Notes: generated by a model from the letters alone, not told the origin. DNA of 64,000 bases from Octopus vulgaris (GCA_951406725.2 OX597821.1:107942001-108006000), one strand, 5' to 3'; counted from the first letter of the stretch, positions 13,713-27,885 are shown. A program made the numbers and translations.

Positions 13713-13911
13713 GAGTAGGTTTGAGACGGGGAGCTTGAAAGACGGGGTGAGGATGCAGACAGACAGACAGACATGCAGACATACTGACGTATTATTTTTA
13801 CAGGGGAGAAATAGTTGTGTGTATATGGGTAAGTGCATTCTTTTAGAGTGTGCGTTTGTGTGTGTGTGTGTGTGAGAAAGCGTGAGGTATTCAGAGATAG
13901 TAGGAGAGGAT

Positions 13912-13978
<67 letters not shown>

Positions 13979-14492
13979 GGAGAGATAGTGAGTGAGTGAG
14001 TGAGTGAGTGAGTGAGTGAGTGAGTGAGAGAGAGGGTTGGAGGAGAGAAGTTACATATAAACATACATGCATAAAAACATACGTGAATTCATTCATACAT
14101 ACAAAGTATAAACATACATGCATACATACATACATACATACAGACATATAAGGGAGAGATGCATAGAATAATGGTGCGAAAGAGAACGTTAGTGAGAGTG
14201 TGAAATAAGAGAGAGAACTTAGAGAAAGAATAAGATATAGAAAGAGAAGAGAGAGGGAGAGAATGGGAGAGAGTATATGAAAGATACAGAGAGGTGAGTT
14301 GAAAGAGAAAGGGTGAAATTACAGCGAGTACGATAAAGAGTAAGATATACATATATAAAGAGAGGGTTAGAGAAAGATTAAGGGAATAGGATACACTTAT
14401 ATTTCAACAGAGATATATTTTTGTACTCCAGGCTTAACGAGAGAGAGGGGGGAAAGAGATATAGAGAGGGAGATGAAAGGAAACGTTAAAGT

Positions 14493-14529
<37 letters not shown>

Positions 14530-15299
14530 AGAAATAACAGAGAGAGATGAGAGAGAAAGAAATGGCAAGGGGAAGAGAGTGAGTTATTGAAAGACAAAAC
14601 GCATGAGAGTTAGGTGGGGGTGAGAGAGAGAAAGAAAGAGAGAGAGAGAGAGAGAGAGAGTAAAAGGTTTCCTGAGGGAGAAGGGGAGGACAGGTAGACA
14701 AGCAGACGATCAGACAAATATTACAGTATTGACGTATACATGAATAAATTATCTATGTAACGATAGAGGGGGTGGGGGCAATATGAGAGAGATATAGGGG
14801 AGTGAAGGGAAGAGTGTGAGAGGAAGGTATTGATATAAGAGAGGAACTTAAAAGAGAGAGGGAGATAATAAAAGAGAGGGGAAATAGAATGAGAAAGAGA
14901 TTGTGAGGTGAAGTATGAGAGAAAGGCAGATAACGAAAGAGAAACAAAAGGAAAAAGAGGGGAAAAGATAATGAAAGACTATTGGAGGGAATGAGAAAGA
15001 TAGAAAATGAGAGAGAGAGAGAGAGTAAGAGATGGAGAGTATGTGGGAGATATAAAGAGTGTGAGAAGGGTGACTGAGGATGGTGATAATATAAGAGAGA
15101 GAAAGAGAGAGAGTGAGAGAGTGGAAGATTAAAATAAGGTAGAGTTGTACGGAATGAGTGAATATGTGAGAGGGATAGTATGAGAATATTTAGGTTATGG
15201 AGAGGAGGAAGAGGGAGAGGGAGAGAGAGAAAGAGAGGAAGATAAAGATAATGAGTGAATTAGGGAGGAATAGGTAGATAGATTAATGAAAAACAAAGA

Positions 15300-15334
<35 letters not shown>

Positions 15335-15723
15335 AGAGATAGATAGATCGATAGAGGGGAGGGTGAGAGAGAGGAGAGTAAAACAGAGATAGAAAAGGAG
15401 AAAGAGGCGGAGATAACAGGAATATTTCTTTTCGTATGAATATATTATTTCAAGAGAAATGGTAGGACGAACAGACAGACGAAACAGACAGACAGACGGA
15501 CAGGCAGACAGACGGACAAGTAGACGGAACAGAGACACAGGCAGAAAAGATATAATGTTTGATAGATATGTATGATGGTGAGGATGGTGATGCAGTGTTT
15601 GATTATATTTAACCCCAGGTCAGCCCTAATTGGCCACAACCATGGTCAAAGGTATTCTAAATATGCCTAGATGCGGGAATACACACACACACACAATGTG
15701 TATTAAATGTATATATTTCTACT

Positions 15724-15776
<53 letters not shown>

Positions 15777-15777
15777 C

Positions 15778-15825
<48 letters not shown>

Positions 15826-16824
15826 GCGTTGCTCTCAAGCAACTCTGCCGTCCTGGGTCGACCTTAAGTGACTTCAACACAACCAAAGCATTCTATAGGG
15901 GTTTAGTGGAGGGGAGGTACGACGACGAGCTCGGGGCGAACCTGGACGTCGACGAGGAGTACCTGACCCGCCTGTTCAGGACGACTTTCGGGCCAGGGCC
16001 CATGGACAACTTCCAGAGATCCCTGGCCTGGCAGTGCTACCGAGAAGCGCTACCCGTTCGGGATAAGCTCTACAGACACGGCTCGAGAAACACGGGGCCG
16101 ACCTGCCCGAGATGCGGTCAGAGCGACGAAACCGTTCTGCACGCACTCGTTCAGTGTCCAACAATTTCCGACCTGTGGGCTTATGTCGAACAACTGCTGT
16201 CACGTGTGGGACGAGTCGGTTTATCAGCTGAGTCTATCGTCAATATTGTCACGCCTCCTTCCTTCAAACGGGAAGGAAGAGCTATTTTCATCATCCTTGT
16301 GGCTATGGCGAAAGAATGTATCTGGTGGACGCGTCTGAAAGGATTGGAGACAAACACTTTCCTCTCTGGTCAATCTCTCATCAACTTCTTCAAGTACCAC
16401 TTGAAAAGGAAAGTGAGAGTAGAGAGGCAAGTTTTGTCTAGCGAATGTTTTAAAAAAAGATGGGTGAATGTAGCAAGAATGGCACGTATGAATGACGAAG
16501 CCACCTTGAGCATAGTCCTATGAACCCAGAAATCGAAAACAGAGAGTTGCTTATTTGCAAAAAAAAAAAAAAAAAAAAAAAGAAATATAAAATGTGACTT
16601 CATTGACCGAGGTTACCGTGGTCTTTTCCGTAGGCTTTTCTTTCCACGGGTAAACCTCACCTGTCCTCCCCTTTACACTTCATATTGACATTTCTGTGAT
16701 AACGATCCCTATTGATCAATTTTTTTTTTTTTTTTTTTTTTTTTCTTCCTCTCCCCCTTTTTTTAACCCCCCTTTTTTTGTCCTCCTTCTCTCCTTTTAC
16801 GATCCCTTTTGATCGAAACTCCCC

Positions 16825-16860
<36 letters not shown>

Positions 16861-16933
16861 ATTCAAAAGAAAAGCTCTACCTTGTAATTTGTTCTATCTG
16901 TGTGCAGCCCTGTGTGGCTAATAAAGAAACATA
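15826..16933 (+). mobile_element. 5'-truncated L1/Tx1-clade LINE: ORF2 C-terminus (zf-RVT) and 3' UTR
   Basis: Frame is open from 15826 to 16523 and encodes AWQCYREALPVRDKL..CPRCGQSDETVLHALVQCP..W (CxxC-H-C). T-rich UTR, AATAAA at 16920, flanked by (TATC)n. Confidence 0.9.
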
Positions 16934-16965
16934 TCTCTCTGTTTCTCTGTCTGTCTGCCTGTCTG

Positions 16966-17013
<48 letters not shown>

Positions 17014-17018
17014 AAAAA

Positions 17019-17203
17019 GTTTTTTTTTTAAACCCCCCTTTTTTTTGTCCTCTTTCTCTCCTTTTACGATCCCTTTTGATCGAAACTCCCCTTCCTTTTT
17101 TTTTTTTTTTTTTTTTTCTTTCTTAAACCTTCAAAAGAAAAGCTCTACCTTGTAATTTGTTCTATCTGTGTGCAGCCCTGTGTGGCTAATAAAGAAACAT
17201 ATC
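17019..17203 (+). mobile_element. Second, very short 3' end of the same Tx1-like LINE
   Basis: Near-identical to 16757-16933 and again bounded by (TATC)n-type repeats. Confidence 0.85.
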
Positions 17204-17281
17204 TATATATCTATCTGTCTGTCTCTCTGTCTATCTATATATCTGTCTGTCTTTCTGTCTGCCTGTCTGTCTGCCTGTCTG

Positions 17282-17341
<60 letters not shown>

Positions 17342-17411
17342 CCTATCTATCTACTTTTCTCTCTTTCCGTATCTTCCTCTCTCTCTCTCGACATATATAT
17401 ATATACATATA

Positions 17412-17470
<59 letters not shown>

Positions 17471-17632
17471 GTATGTATATATATATATATGTATGCATAT
17501 ATATGTATGCATATAAAAGTATTTATATATGTATATGTATATATGTGTGTATTTATGTATACATATATATGTATATCTATTTGTCTATGTATCTATGTAT
17601 GCATATACATGTACACCCACACGCGCGCGCGT

Positions 17633-17675
<43 letters not shown>

Positions 17676-18214
17676 TATAATCTGGGTAAAAATATTATAT
17701 AAAATTGTGTTTATAGGAGTATATATTAAACTACTATTTCTAGCCGGTTTTTTGACCACATGCAGACTTCCTCGTAGACTTGTTGTAATAGTGAAGGTAC
17801 TGGCGGTGGAGTGTGAGAATGTCGTCGGTGTAAGTGCGGTGGTGGTGGTGGTGGTAGTGGTGGTGGTGATGATGACGATGATGACGATAATAGTGATGAT
17901 AATAGTGGTGGTGGTGATGATGTTGATGGTGATGATTTTGATGACGATGATGATGATCGTAAAAATGGTAGGGATGATAGGGCAGGTGGTAGTATTAGTG
18001 GTAGTGGTGGCAGTGATGGAAGTAGGAATGTTGTGGTGTGGCGGGAGGGGGGAGGGAGAGGGGAGAATCGGAACGGTTATGGTAAATCATTTGTGATAAT
18101 AAATTTGTTATTCATATTGATGATTGTGGTGATGGTGATGGTGATGGTGATGGTGATGGTGGCGATGGTATTGTAACCCTAGGTCAGTCCCGATCCACCG
18201 GTCTTATCGGGTGT

Positions 18215-18430
18215 CTTTTATCCTTTACTTGATTTAGTAATTAGACCGCGACCATGCTGGGGCACTTCCTTGAAAAATTTTTGACACGTACGAATCGACC
18301 CTAGCGCTTATTGTCTTAGTTTTAAATCCGGGTACTTATTCTATCGGTCACTTTTTTTTACCGAATCGCTAAGTAACAGGGAGATAAACACACCAACACC
18401 GGTTGCCATGCGGTGATGGGGTCAAACACA
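18215..18430 (-). mobile_element. SINE family A tail, diverged
   Basis: CCATGCTGGGGCAC..GTACTTATTCTATCGGT. Confidence 0.7.
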
Positions 18431-18541
18431 GACACTCACACAAATACACACACGCACACGTGCGCACACAAACGCATGCAGACACTTACATACATACAGA
18501 CATACACATACGCACACGCACACACATATACACACATATAT

Positions 18542-18672
18542 AGTTCTTTGTTAAAGAAGAATGCTGTTGAGTGCAACTTCGAAGTTTCGGCCAATTAAGT
18601 CATCGTCAGTGGCTAAACTGGCCGAAACTTCAAAGTCACGGACAACAGTAGTCTTGTTCAAGAATAAACTTG
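18542..18672. mobile_element. Head-to-head imperfect inverted repeat with hammerhead-like core
   Basis: Minus strand CTGACGA-TGACTTAATTGGCC-GAAAC-TTCGAA-GTT. Plus strand GGCTAAACTGGCC-GAAAC-TTCAAA-GTC. Confidence 0.55.
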
Positions 18673-18749
18673 TGTTGTACAAAAATATTGAGTAACCCAT
18701 CATATTAATATCAAATCGTTTTTATTGTTACTGAACATAAAAAAACAAA

Positions 18750-18890
18750 CATGGTGGTAAGAAGTTTGCTTTCCAACGTCATGGTTCCAGGTTCAGTCCC
18801 TTGGACAAACGTTTTCTACTATAGCCTCGGGTTGACCAAAGCCTTGTGAATGGACCTGGTAGATGGAAACTGAAAGAAGCCCGTCATGTG
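18750..18890 (+). mobile_element. SINE family A head
   Basis: Matches 685-826. Confidence 0.75.
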
Positions 18891-18914
18891 TGTGTGAACG
18901 TCGATATGTTTGCG

Positions 18915-19205
18915 TCTTTTTTCTGGATGTTTACAATATCAAGACTTTAAGCCACATGGATCTACGTAGGATTGCACTTAACGACTTATGGACTTATTTC
19001 TACAATATCGGAAAGTTGAACTGTCAACTTTTATGCTTCTTTTTCTTCTCTCTCTTCATCTCCTTATTTCTTTAACCCTGTCCTCTATGTCATCATTTCA
19101 TTATTCTATACCCGTCTCATTTTCCCTATTTGTCTCTGATGAAGGAATATCCCATACTCTAGGATATCCCAAAAACAGCTGTAAGACATTGAATTTTTTT
19201 CTTAC
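18915..19205 (+). mobile_element. Penelope-like 3' end: frameshifted endonuclease C-terminus plus hammerhead relic (19131-19188)
   Basis: FWM/YNIKTL/PHG resembles the W..L.TL.P.GLN end of PLE GIY-YIG domains. Motif TGTCT-CTGATGA-AGGAATATCC..GGATATCCC-aAAAAC-AGCT-GTA-AGACA. Confidence 0.6.
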
Positions 19206-19248
19206 AATAATAATGATGATGATGAAGATGATGATGATGATAATAATC

Positions 19249-19306
<58 letters not shown>

Positions 19307-19313
19307 CAACAAT

Positions 19314-19368
<55 letters not shown>

Positions 19369-20664
19369 TATATGGCTTGAGATTTTTGGCTTGCCTTAAC
19401 GTTTGTTGTCCTTTATAACAATTATATATCCGTTATATCGGAAATCTGCAATGGCTCCATAACTACCGTCACGGCTACAATCATGGCACCCTAGTAATCT
19501 GTTACAGCAATTACCTAGCGTACCTAGTCGTTTAGATCACCTATGAACCAAACTCCTATACATTGTATGTATGTATGTATGTATGCATGTATGTATGTAT
19601 GTATGTATGTATGTATGTATGTATGTATGTATGTATGTATGTATGTATGTGTGTATGTATATATATATACATATATATATATCAATAAAGTGACAAAGAG
19701 TACAAGGTAATACCCGCATTGCTAGTAATAAGAGTCAAAACGACACATTAGCCACAAATAAGTCTACTAAGATAGTACTTTTGTGGCTGATTTGTTTTCA
19801 TTCTTATATCTAGCAACCCTGATACCACCTTGTAACCTCTGTCATTTTATTGACGTCTATAAATATGCTTTAAGGTTGTTAAATTGCTAATAAGCAACCC
19901 ACATTATTTATATATATATGTGTGTGTGTGTGTGTGTGCGTGTGTGTGTGTGTGTGCGTGTGTGTGTGTTTGAGAGTTCTGTACGGCTTGATAACCGATA
20001 CTGGTGTATTTACGTACCGGTAATTTAGTGTTTCGGCAAAAGAGTCCGATAGAATAAATACCAGGCTTAACAAAGTATAAGAAGTGTGGTCGATTCATTC
20101 GGCTACAAAGAAAATTCTTCGAGGTAGTGCCCCAGAATGGCCGTGAAAAGAATAAAATACACACGCACAAACACGCATATATATACGATGGGCTGCTTTC
20201 AGTTTCCGTCAACCAAATTCACTCACCCGAAACGCAAAACCCTTCTCTACCTCTCCGGCAACTCAATTCATCTCCCCCTCCCCACCACTGTCATGCCCCA
20301 TATTCCCGACGATGGAGCACCATGCGGCACACACTATTATGCAGTAATGCATTGTGGGTAGTGCAACGTGACAGTCAGGGCATATAGCACTCCCTTCTCT
20401 TTGGTCGACGTGATAGTAGAGGTGGTTGTCGATGGAATGGTTGGAGAAGTGGTAGCGGTGGTGGATGTAATATTTACCATCCCAACGAATTAAATGATGG
20501 TGTTGGCGGATGTGATATCAAAACTTTAAACTAAGGCAGAAGATTCATAAAGTACACATATTTAACGTACTTGTGTACTTTTTGCGAACGTCTTAAAAAT
20601 TCTAGCAGATGGTAATCATGCAGACTGATATTTTATTCTTTTTAGAAGTCCCCAGCATGACTTG

Positions 20665-20874
20665 TAGGCGCAAGCGTGGCTGCGTAGTAAGAAGTTTGCT
20701 TCCAAATCATATGATTTCAGATGCAGTTCCAATGTGGCACCTAGCCCAAGATCTTCTGCTGTAAGCTTGGGCCGACCAAAGCCTTGTGAGTGGATTTGAC
20801 AGAAGAAAACTGTAAGAATCCCGGCGTAAATCTATACATGTAGGTGTGTGAGTGCGTGTACTTGTTTAAGAATA

Positions 20875-20925
<51 letters not shown>

Positions 20926-21177
20926 TACAATAGGGATGACTACTAAGTGGACATCCAATAAGCTAGAAGAAGATCACCTACGATCTAACTAGAAAGAAAA
21001 AGAATGTTCTCCAGAGAAATTCAACAAACACCAGAACATAAGCGAGTAAGACAGATGAAAATATACAAAATACAGAATTAATCGTAGACCGGTTTTGTCA
21101 TCAACGATTTTACTTATGTAATCATCGTCCGTGGACTCTTCAGTACGATCGTTCCAATTCAATATAATTTGTAGAAC

Positions 21178-21208
<31 letters not shown>

Positions 21209-21430
21209 ATATACGCACACACGCGCCCTCATATATCTGAGATTTTGTCGCTGTGTTTGTCACCCGCCACCGCTTGACAACTGATAGTTGTGTTTACGTC
21301 CCCCAAATTTAGTCGTTAGGTACCAGGCTTAAAAACAATAAGAACAGAGGTTGATTTGTTCGAGTAACATTCTTCAAAACGGTGCCCCAGCACGGCCGCA
21401 GTCAAATGACTGACACAGGTATAAGATGAC
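20665..21430 (+). mobile_element. SINE family A (head 20665-20830, tail 21250-21430) with an insert in the TA linker
   Basis: Head and tail motifs present; an unrelated TA-bounded insert occupies 20922-21178. Confidence 0.7.
21103..21153 (-). ncRNA. Hammerhead-like relic
   Basis: Minus strand AACGATCGTA-CTGAAGA-GTCC-AC-GGAC-GAtg..GTA-AAATCGTT. Stem II is perfect; GAAA is altered. Confidence 0.4.
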
Positions 21431-21606
21431 AGGCAAAATGAAGTAATTTGTAATACACGAATTTAAAATTTTATGACGCGAGACATTTATTGTCGAGAGA
21501 AGAAAATGACAGCTTGGAACAGATTCTCATATGTAAACATATACATACAATATACCAATACTCATACGCGCGCACATGCACTTACAGTTTCGGTGTGTAT
21601 AAATAA

Positions 21607-21689
<83 letters not shown>

Positions 21690-21910
21690 AAAATTAGAAA
21701 ATAGAGAAACATACTTATGTTTCTCCATTTTCTAATTTTGTAGTATTAATTTACGGTAATATTATTACCTTTGCCCATATAATACAATAGATGAACTGAT
21801 TGTTTGGCAATTTTTAACATCTATGTATTAGTCTTGTTGGGTACCTATCTAGCAGTATATTGGATATATGTTATCCCATGGTGGGTTGTATTTTCAACCC
21901 CTATCTCATT

Positions 21911-21965
<55 letters not shown>

Positions 21966-22011
21966 GTATGTATTTATATATGCTTATACTTGCAAAAATA
22001 TATGTGTGTAC

Positions 22012-22081
<70 letters not shown>

Positions 22082-22083
<2 letters not shown>

Positions 22084-22475
22084 TGGCACTCCGTCGGTTA
22101 CGACGACGGAAGTTCCAATTAATCCGATCAACGGTACAGTCTGCACGTGAAATTAACGTGCAAGTGGCTGAGCACTCGACAGACACGTGTGTCCTTAACG
22201 CAGTGCTCGGGGAGATTCAGTGTGACACAGAGTGTGGCAAGGCTGGCACCTTTGAAATACAGGTTCAACAGAAACAGGAAGAAAGACTGAGAAAAAGCTG
22301 TGGTGAAAGCATACAGCAGGGTTCGCCACCAACCCCTGACGAAGCTTCGTGTAACTGTGGGTATTTTCGCTCAATAAACTCTCACAACACCCGGTTGGGA
22401 ATCGAAACCGTGATCCTACGATTGCGATTCCGCTGCCCTAACTACAGGGCCATAACGCATGCACTTGCCATTGCG
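22082..22475 (-). mobile_element. tRNA-derived SINE family C
   Basis: Minus-strand head TGGCC..GTAGTTAGGGCAGCGGAATCGCAATCGTAGGATCACGGTTTCGATTCCC. A second copy lies at 29895-30282. Confidence 0.8.
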
Positions 22476-22558
22476 CCTACACTATATATATATATGTGAG
22501 TGTGTGTGTGTGTAAGAGCAAATATATTTATATATAAATATATATATATGAATGTATG

Positions 22559-22654
<96 letters not shown>

Positions 22655-22905
22655 CGTACATATCTAGATATACATGCAGCTCTACCTGCAGATATACATA
22701 AAAGGTGTCATACTATATATATATATATATGTGTGTGTATTTCTGTGTGTGTGTGCGTGTTTGTCCGTATAGATATTCATCTATAGATACAAGAATAAAT
22801 TCTATTATAATTCTTTTTGTCACTTTTACTTCTAAGGGACTGATCCTTAACGCAAGTTTCTTGCGGACATGCAAGATGCTGAGTGCGTCACTTCCTTTTT
22901 TCTTC

Positions 22906-22975
<70 letters not shown>

Positions 22976-23074
22976 AGTATAATTAAATTATTGTCTTACC
23001 TTTCGCTATTCATCGTTATTGTAGAATTACCGTTATTATATTTCATTTGTGATAGATCATAATCATCATATCAC

Positions 23075-23077
<3 letters not shown>

Positions 23078-23126
<49 letters not shown>

Positions 23127-23130
23127 GTTG

Positions 23131-23177
<47 letters not shown>

Positions 23178-23189
23178 ATTATTATTATA

Positions 23190-23245
<56 letters not shown>

Positions 23246-23248
23246 TAA

Positions 23249-23326
<78 letters not shown>

Positions 23327-23337
23327 CATCATTGTTA

Positions 23338-23414
<77 letters not shown>

Positions 23415-23436
23415 ATTGTTATTATTATTATTATTA

Positions 23437-23479
<43 letters not shown>

Positions 23480-23513
23480 TAATATTGTTATTATTATTAT
23501 CATCATCATCATT

Positions 23514-23544
<31 letters not shown>

Positions 23545-23670
23545 CTATTATTATTATTACTATTAATATTGTTATTATTATTATTATTATTATTGTTATT
23601 ATTATTATTATTATTACTATTAATATTATTATTATTATTATTATTACTATTATTATTATTACTATTAATA

Positions 23671-23710
<40 letters not shown>

Positions 23711-23793
23711 TAATATTATTATTATTATTATTATTACTATTATTATTATTATTACTATTAATATTGTTATTATTATTATTATTGCTATTATCA

Positions 23794-23824
<31 letters not shown>

Positions 23825-23829
23825 TAATA

Positions 23830-23881
<52 letters not shown>

Positions 23882-23965
23882 TAATATTATTATTATTATT
23901 ATTATTACTATTATTATTATTACTATTACTATTATTATTATTATTATCATTATTATCATCATTAT
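23078..23965. repeat. ~890-bp (ATT)n array with recurring ACTATTAATATT(GTT) variant
   Basis: Directly visible. Confidence 0.95.
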
Positions 23966-24567
23966 TTGCAATCCGATCATCCCCCTCATAAACATCATCA
24001 TAGTTACATAATTACTATAAGTCATTTATTGTTACGTTGTTGTTACTAAAGTTGTTGTTCTGCATAATATTATCTATCTGGTGGTTACGCTTATAACAAA
24101 CTAAACTACTGAAACATTTAGCATAAGGAGACATGATTGGGGAATTCGGTTAAAACAGAAATGCGATTGATAGATAGAGGCTTGCATACACACACAGAAA
24201 TATAGACGCGCCACCTATATATGTATATACATAGACACATCCACGCACACATACACACACAAATATATGTGTACATATATAATTATATATACGTGTATGT
24301 GTAAATTCATACACCTACATACATGTATGTATATATACGTATATCTATGTATATCACCACACAGACACAGACACACTCACACACACACACACAGATATAT
24401 ATATATATATGCATATATATATTGACATATATATATATACATATATATATGCATGCGTATATACATATATATATATGTATTTATATATATATATTTATAT
24501 ACACGTGTATGCATTCGTATATATATGTATGTATATGTTTATGTACATATGGATTTATACATGATTA

Positions 24568-24606
<39 letters not shown>

Positions 24607-24617
24607 CTTATATATAC

Positions 24618-24670
<53 letters not shown>

Positions 24671-24745
24671 TCATACATACATATATATATGCATATGCTT
24701 ATACATATCTATAAATATAAATATATTTATACAGATATATATATA

Positions 24746-24800
<55 letters not shown>

Positions 24801-24833
24801 ATATATATGCAAATATATACATATATACACATA

Positions 24834-24874
<41 letters not shown>

Positions 24875-25525
24875 GAACAGAATGGTACATACACACACAT
24901 ATTCCTGTACTTCTATTTCTCATTGTTGTCTTTGCTGCTGCCGCTGCTCCTGCTACTACCGTGGATGTTTTGTAGCTACTGATTTCTCTGCATATATGTT
25001 ACATATATTCATGTGTATGTGCGCTTGAGCAATTGCATATGTGTGTATGTGTGTGTATTAGTGTGTGTGTGTGTGTGTGTGGGTATGTATGTCTATGCGT
25101 GTATATATATGCGTGTGTGTAATCAGTTGTATCTGAGGTTGTGATCATACAACTGAACGGCAAAGTGATAAGAATCTCAGACATACGCTTTAATTAATAG
25201 ACTTTCAGAAAAAAAAAAGCCAAAAACAGAAAAAAAAAAATACTCATAATCCCACAAACAGACAAGCACACACGTAGACACATGCGCACACATTAGACAC
25301 CTAACACACACACATATACATACATACGTACACACACATACTTACATAAGAACATACATTTACACATACATATATATCTTGAAAGATGCAAACGCAAAAA
25401 ACAGCTACGTGTTACACAAAAAAAAATTCGTGTTATCTATGTCGATGTACAGCGAAACGTTGATATGATTATTAAATTGTACACACATATACGTACATAT
25501 ACGTACACATACATACTTTACTTAT

Positions 25526-25576
<51 letters not shown>

Positions 25577-25578
25577 AT

Positions 25579-25707
<129 letters not shown>

Positions 25708-25997
25708 CATACATTGTACACGCATATGTATATTATATGTATATATATATATATACAAAAATATATATAGATATGTACAGATATATACACTCAGACATAT
25801 ACATCTATACATGCATAACTATCTATTACATATATATACATGTATACTTATGGTTCCTATATATATATATATTTTTTTTTTTCCTATAGTTTCAGCTCAG
25901 AGCTGCGGCCATGCTGATGCACCGGCGTTTTGCTACACTGCTATTACTAATGGCAACAGTCAAATGACTGAAACAAGTAAAAGAGTAATAGAGAGAG

Positions 25998-26029
<32 letters not shown>

Positions 26030-26569
26030 TGTATGTATGTATGTATGTATGTATGTATGTATGTGTGTGTGTGTATGTGTGTGTGTGTGTGTGTGTGTAG
26101 ATACACATGCACCTATAAAATCATATATATTTCTGAATATTATTACGTGTGTGAGAGAATGTAACCGAGATTTGTACATATCATAACCGTATAAGTAAGC
26201 ATACCTTGTCCTAAACAGAATATAATTTGACAATTATTGTAGAATGAGATATATCTCTATTAATTATTAAACAGAAAGAACTCTCCGGAATAAAGCTGAA
26301 ATCGTGGCAAAAAAAACTCACACATCTACACACTCAAAATAACATGCGCACACACGAACATATACCACATAGATGCACACAGAGATATGTAAATACATAC
26401 ATATTTACACACACACACACACATATACAAACGTGCACCCGTTCTCACAAACATTCACACACACACACACACACACAAACATACACACGTGCACACGTGC
26501 ACACGCACAAACTCATTTCCACACAGAGTGAAATTTACCAGCTCGGTCGATCTCAGGCATAAACTCACA

Positions 26570-26610
<41 letters not shown>

Positions 26611-26914
26611 AAACACACACACAAACCCAAACACATGCGCGCTAACACAAATTAACACCAACCCCTCCACGTGCCATTTCCCCGATAATCCGATGGATGT
26701 ACTGTGTTATGTGTTAAGTCAATATCGATTAGAATACCGTATGGTGAGAATTTTGAATAAATTATTTATTGTAATTATCATTCGATATATCCTATAAATT
26801 ATTCATATATAAAAGTAACATATTTGTGCAGAGAATATGCTGCATTTATTGTTAGACTGCAGTATTAGTCTGTTGAGATATCTTCAGGCCAAAATGCATT
26901 TTAAATGTGCAGCG

Positions 26915-27104
26915 GATTCTAAATCGAATTGTTGGGTAACCGAGTAGACACCACGACGAAACTACAGCAGGTTCACGAGATCGGCCGATTAACCGACTAA
27001 TAAGCATCAAGCTATCAAACTATCTCACGATTCGTCTATCTCATTGAGTTCGATGTAGAGGTGCTTTTTGTCGGTAACCGCAGAATGTTGAGACCGCTGC
27101 TCGA
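26915..27104 (+). repeat. ~190-bp complex direct repeat, copy 1 (copy 2 at 27925-28106)
   Basis: GATTCTAAATCGAATTG..GGTAACCGCAGAATGTTGAG.CCGCTGCTCGA in both copies. Confidence 0.9.
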
Positions 27105-27390
27105 CGAATCCATTCTCATTTCATCACCAGCCATTGGCAGATTGAAGGCACAGACTTTTTCACCATGAATTAGGCGCAGTTATTTTCAGTTGTTATGGAC
27201 CAGCTTTAATTGTCGTAGATCCCTGTAGTATATCACCCTCTGTGCGTAACTGTCGCTCTAAATAAAGATAAAATATACAATTAAATAAAGAACTTGTATA
27301 CAAATATAAACTTGCACGTATAGTTGAGCGTTTTCAAAGATGTTGAAGTCTACTCCTGTTGGTGATACACACACACACACACACACACAT

Positions 27391-27423
<33 letters not shown>

Positions 27424-27687
27424 CACACGCACATAGATATATATATTGAATGAGGGAAATGAAGAATGCAGTTCACTAGAATCTTTTCCGTTTCCCCCAT
27501 TCATTATAAACTCAACGGACACTACGAAATTCCTGAGGTAGATCCATTGATACCTACACATATAGGGTGAATGACAACAGAAAGCTTAAAAAGTGGTAGC
27601 TGAAAAAGTGAAAGTGTTTAATCGGCATACTACTAACCGAATACCCAAATTCCCCAAAATTATATACATATATATATATATATATAT

Positions 27688-27885
27688 AGTTGAAATTTAA
27701 TAAAAACAAAAGACGAAGCAAGGTCTGTAAACAACAAACAGATGTATTAGTTTAACGCCTGGGAAGTGAGAAAGTCTTTTACGTTTCGAGCCTACGCTCT
27801 TCAACAGAGAGGAACACAGAAATAAGCAGAGAGAGAAAATAAAAAAAAAAGGTTTAGTGGCTATCAATCAATCATGGCAAATACA
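27688..27885 (-). mobile_element. Short repeat with hammerhead-like motif (27775-27812), related to family H1
   Basis: Minus strand CT-CTGTTGA-AGAGC-GTAG-GCTC-GAAAC-GTA-AAAGA. Ends in (TA)n. Confidence 0.55.

Noticed and set aside
15630-15825. N-terminal part of the 297-aa ORF
   Set aside because: Chance read-through of (TATC)n into the truncated LINE; not a real start.
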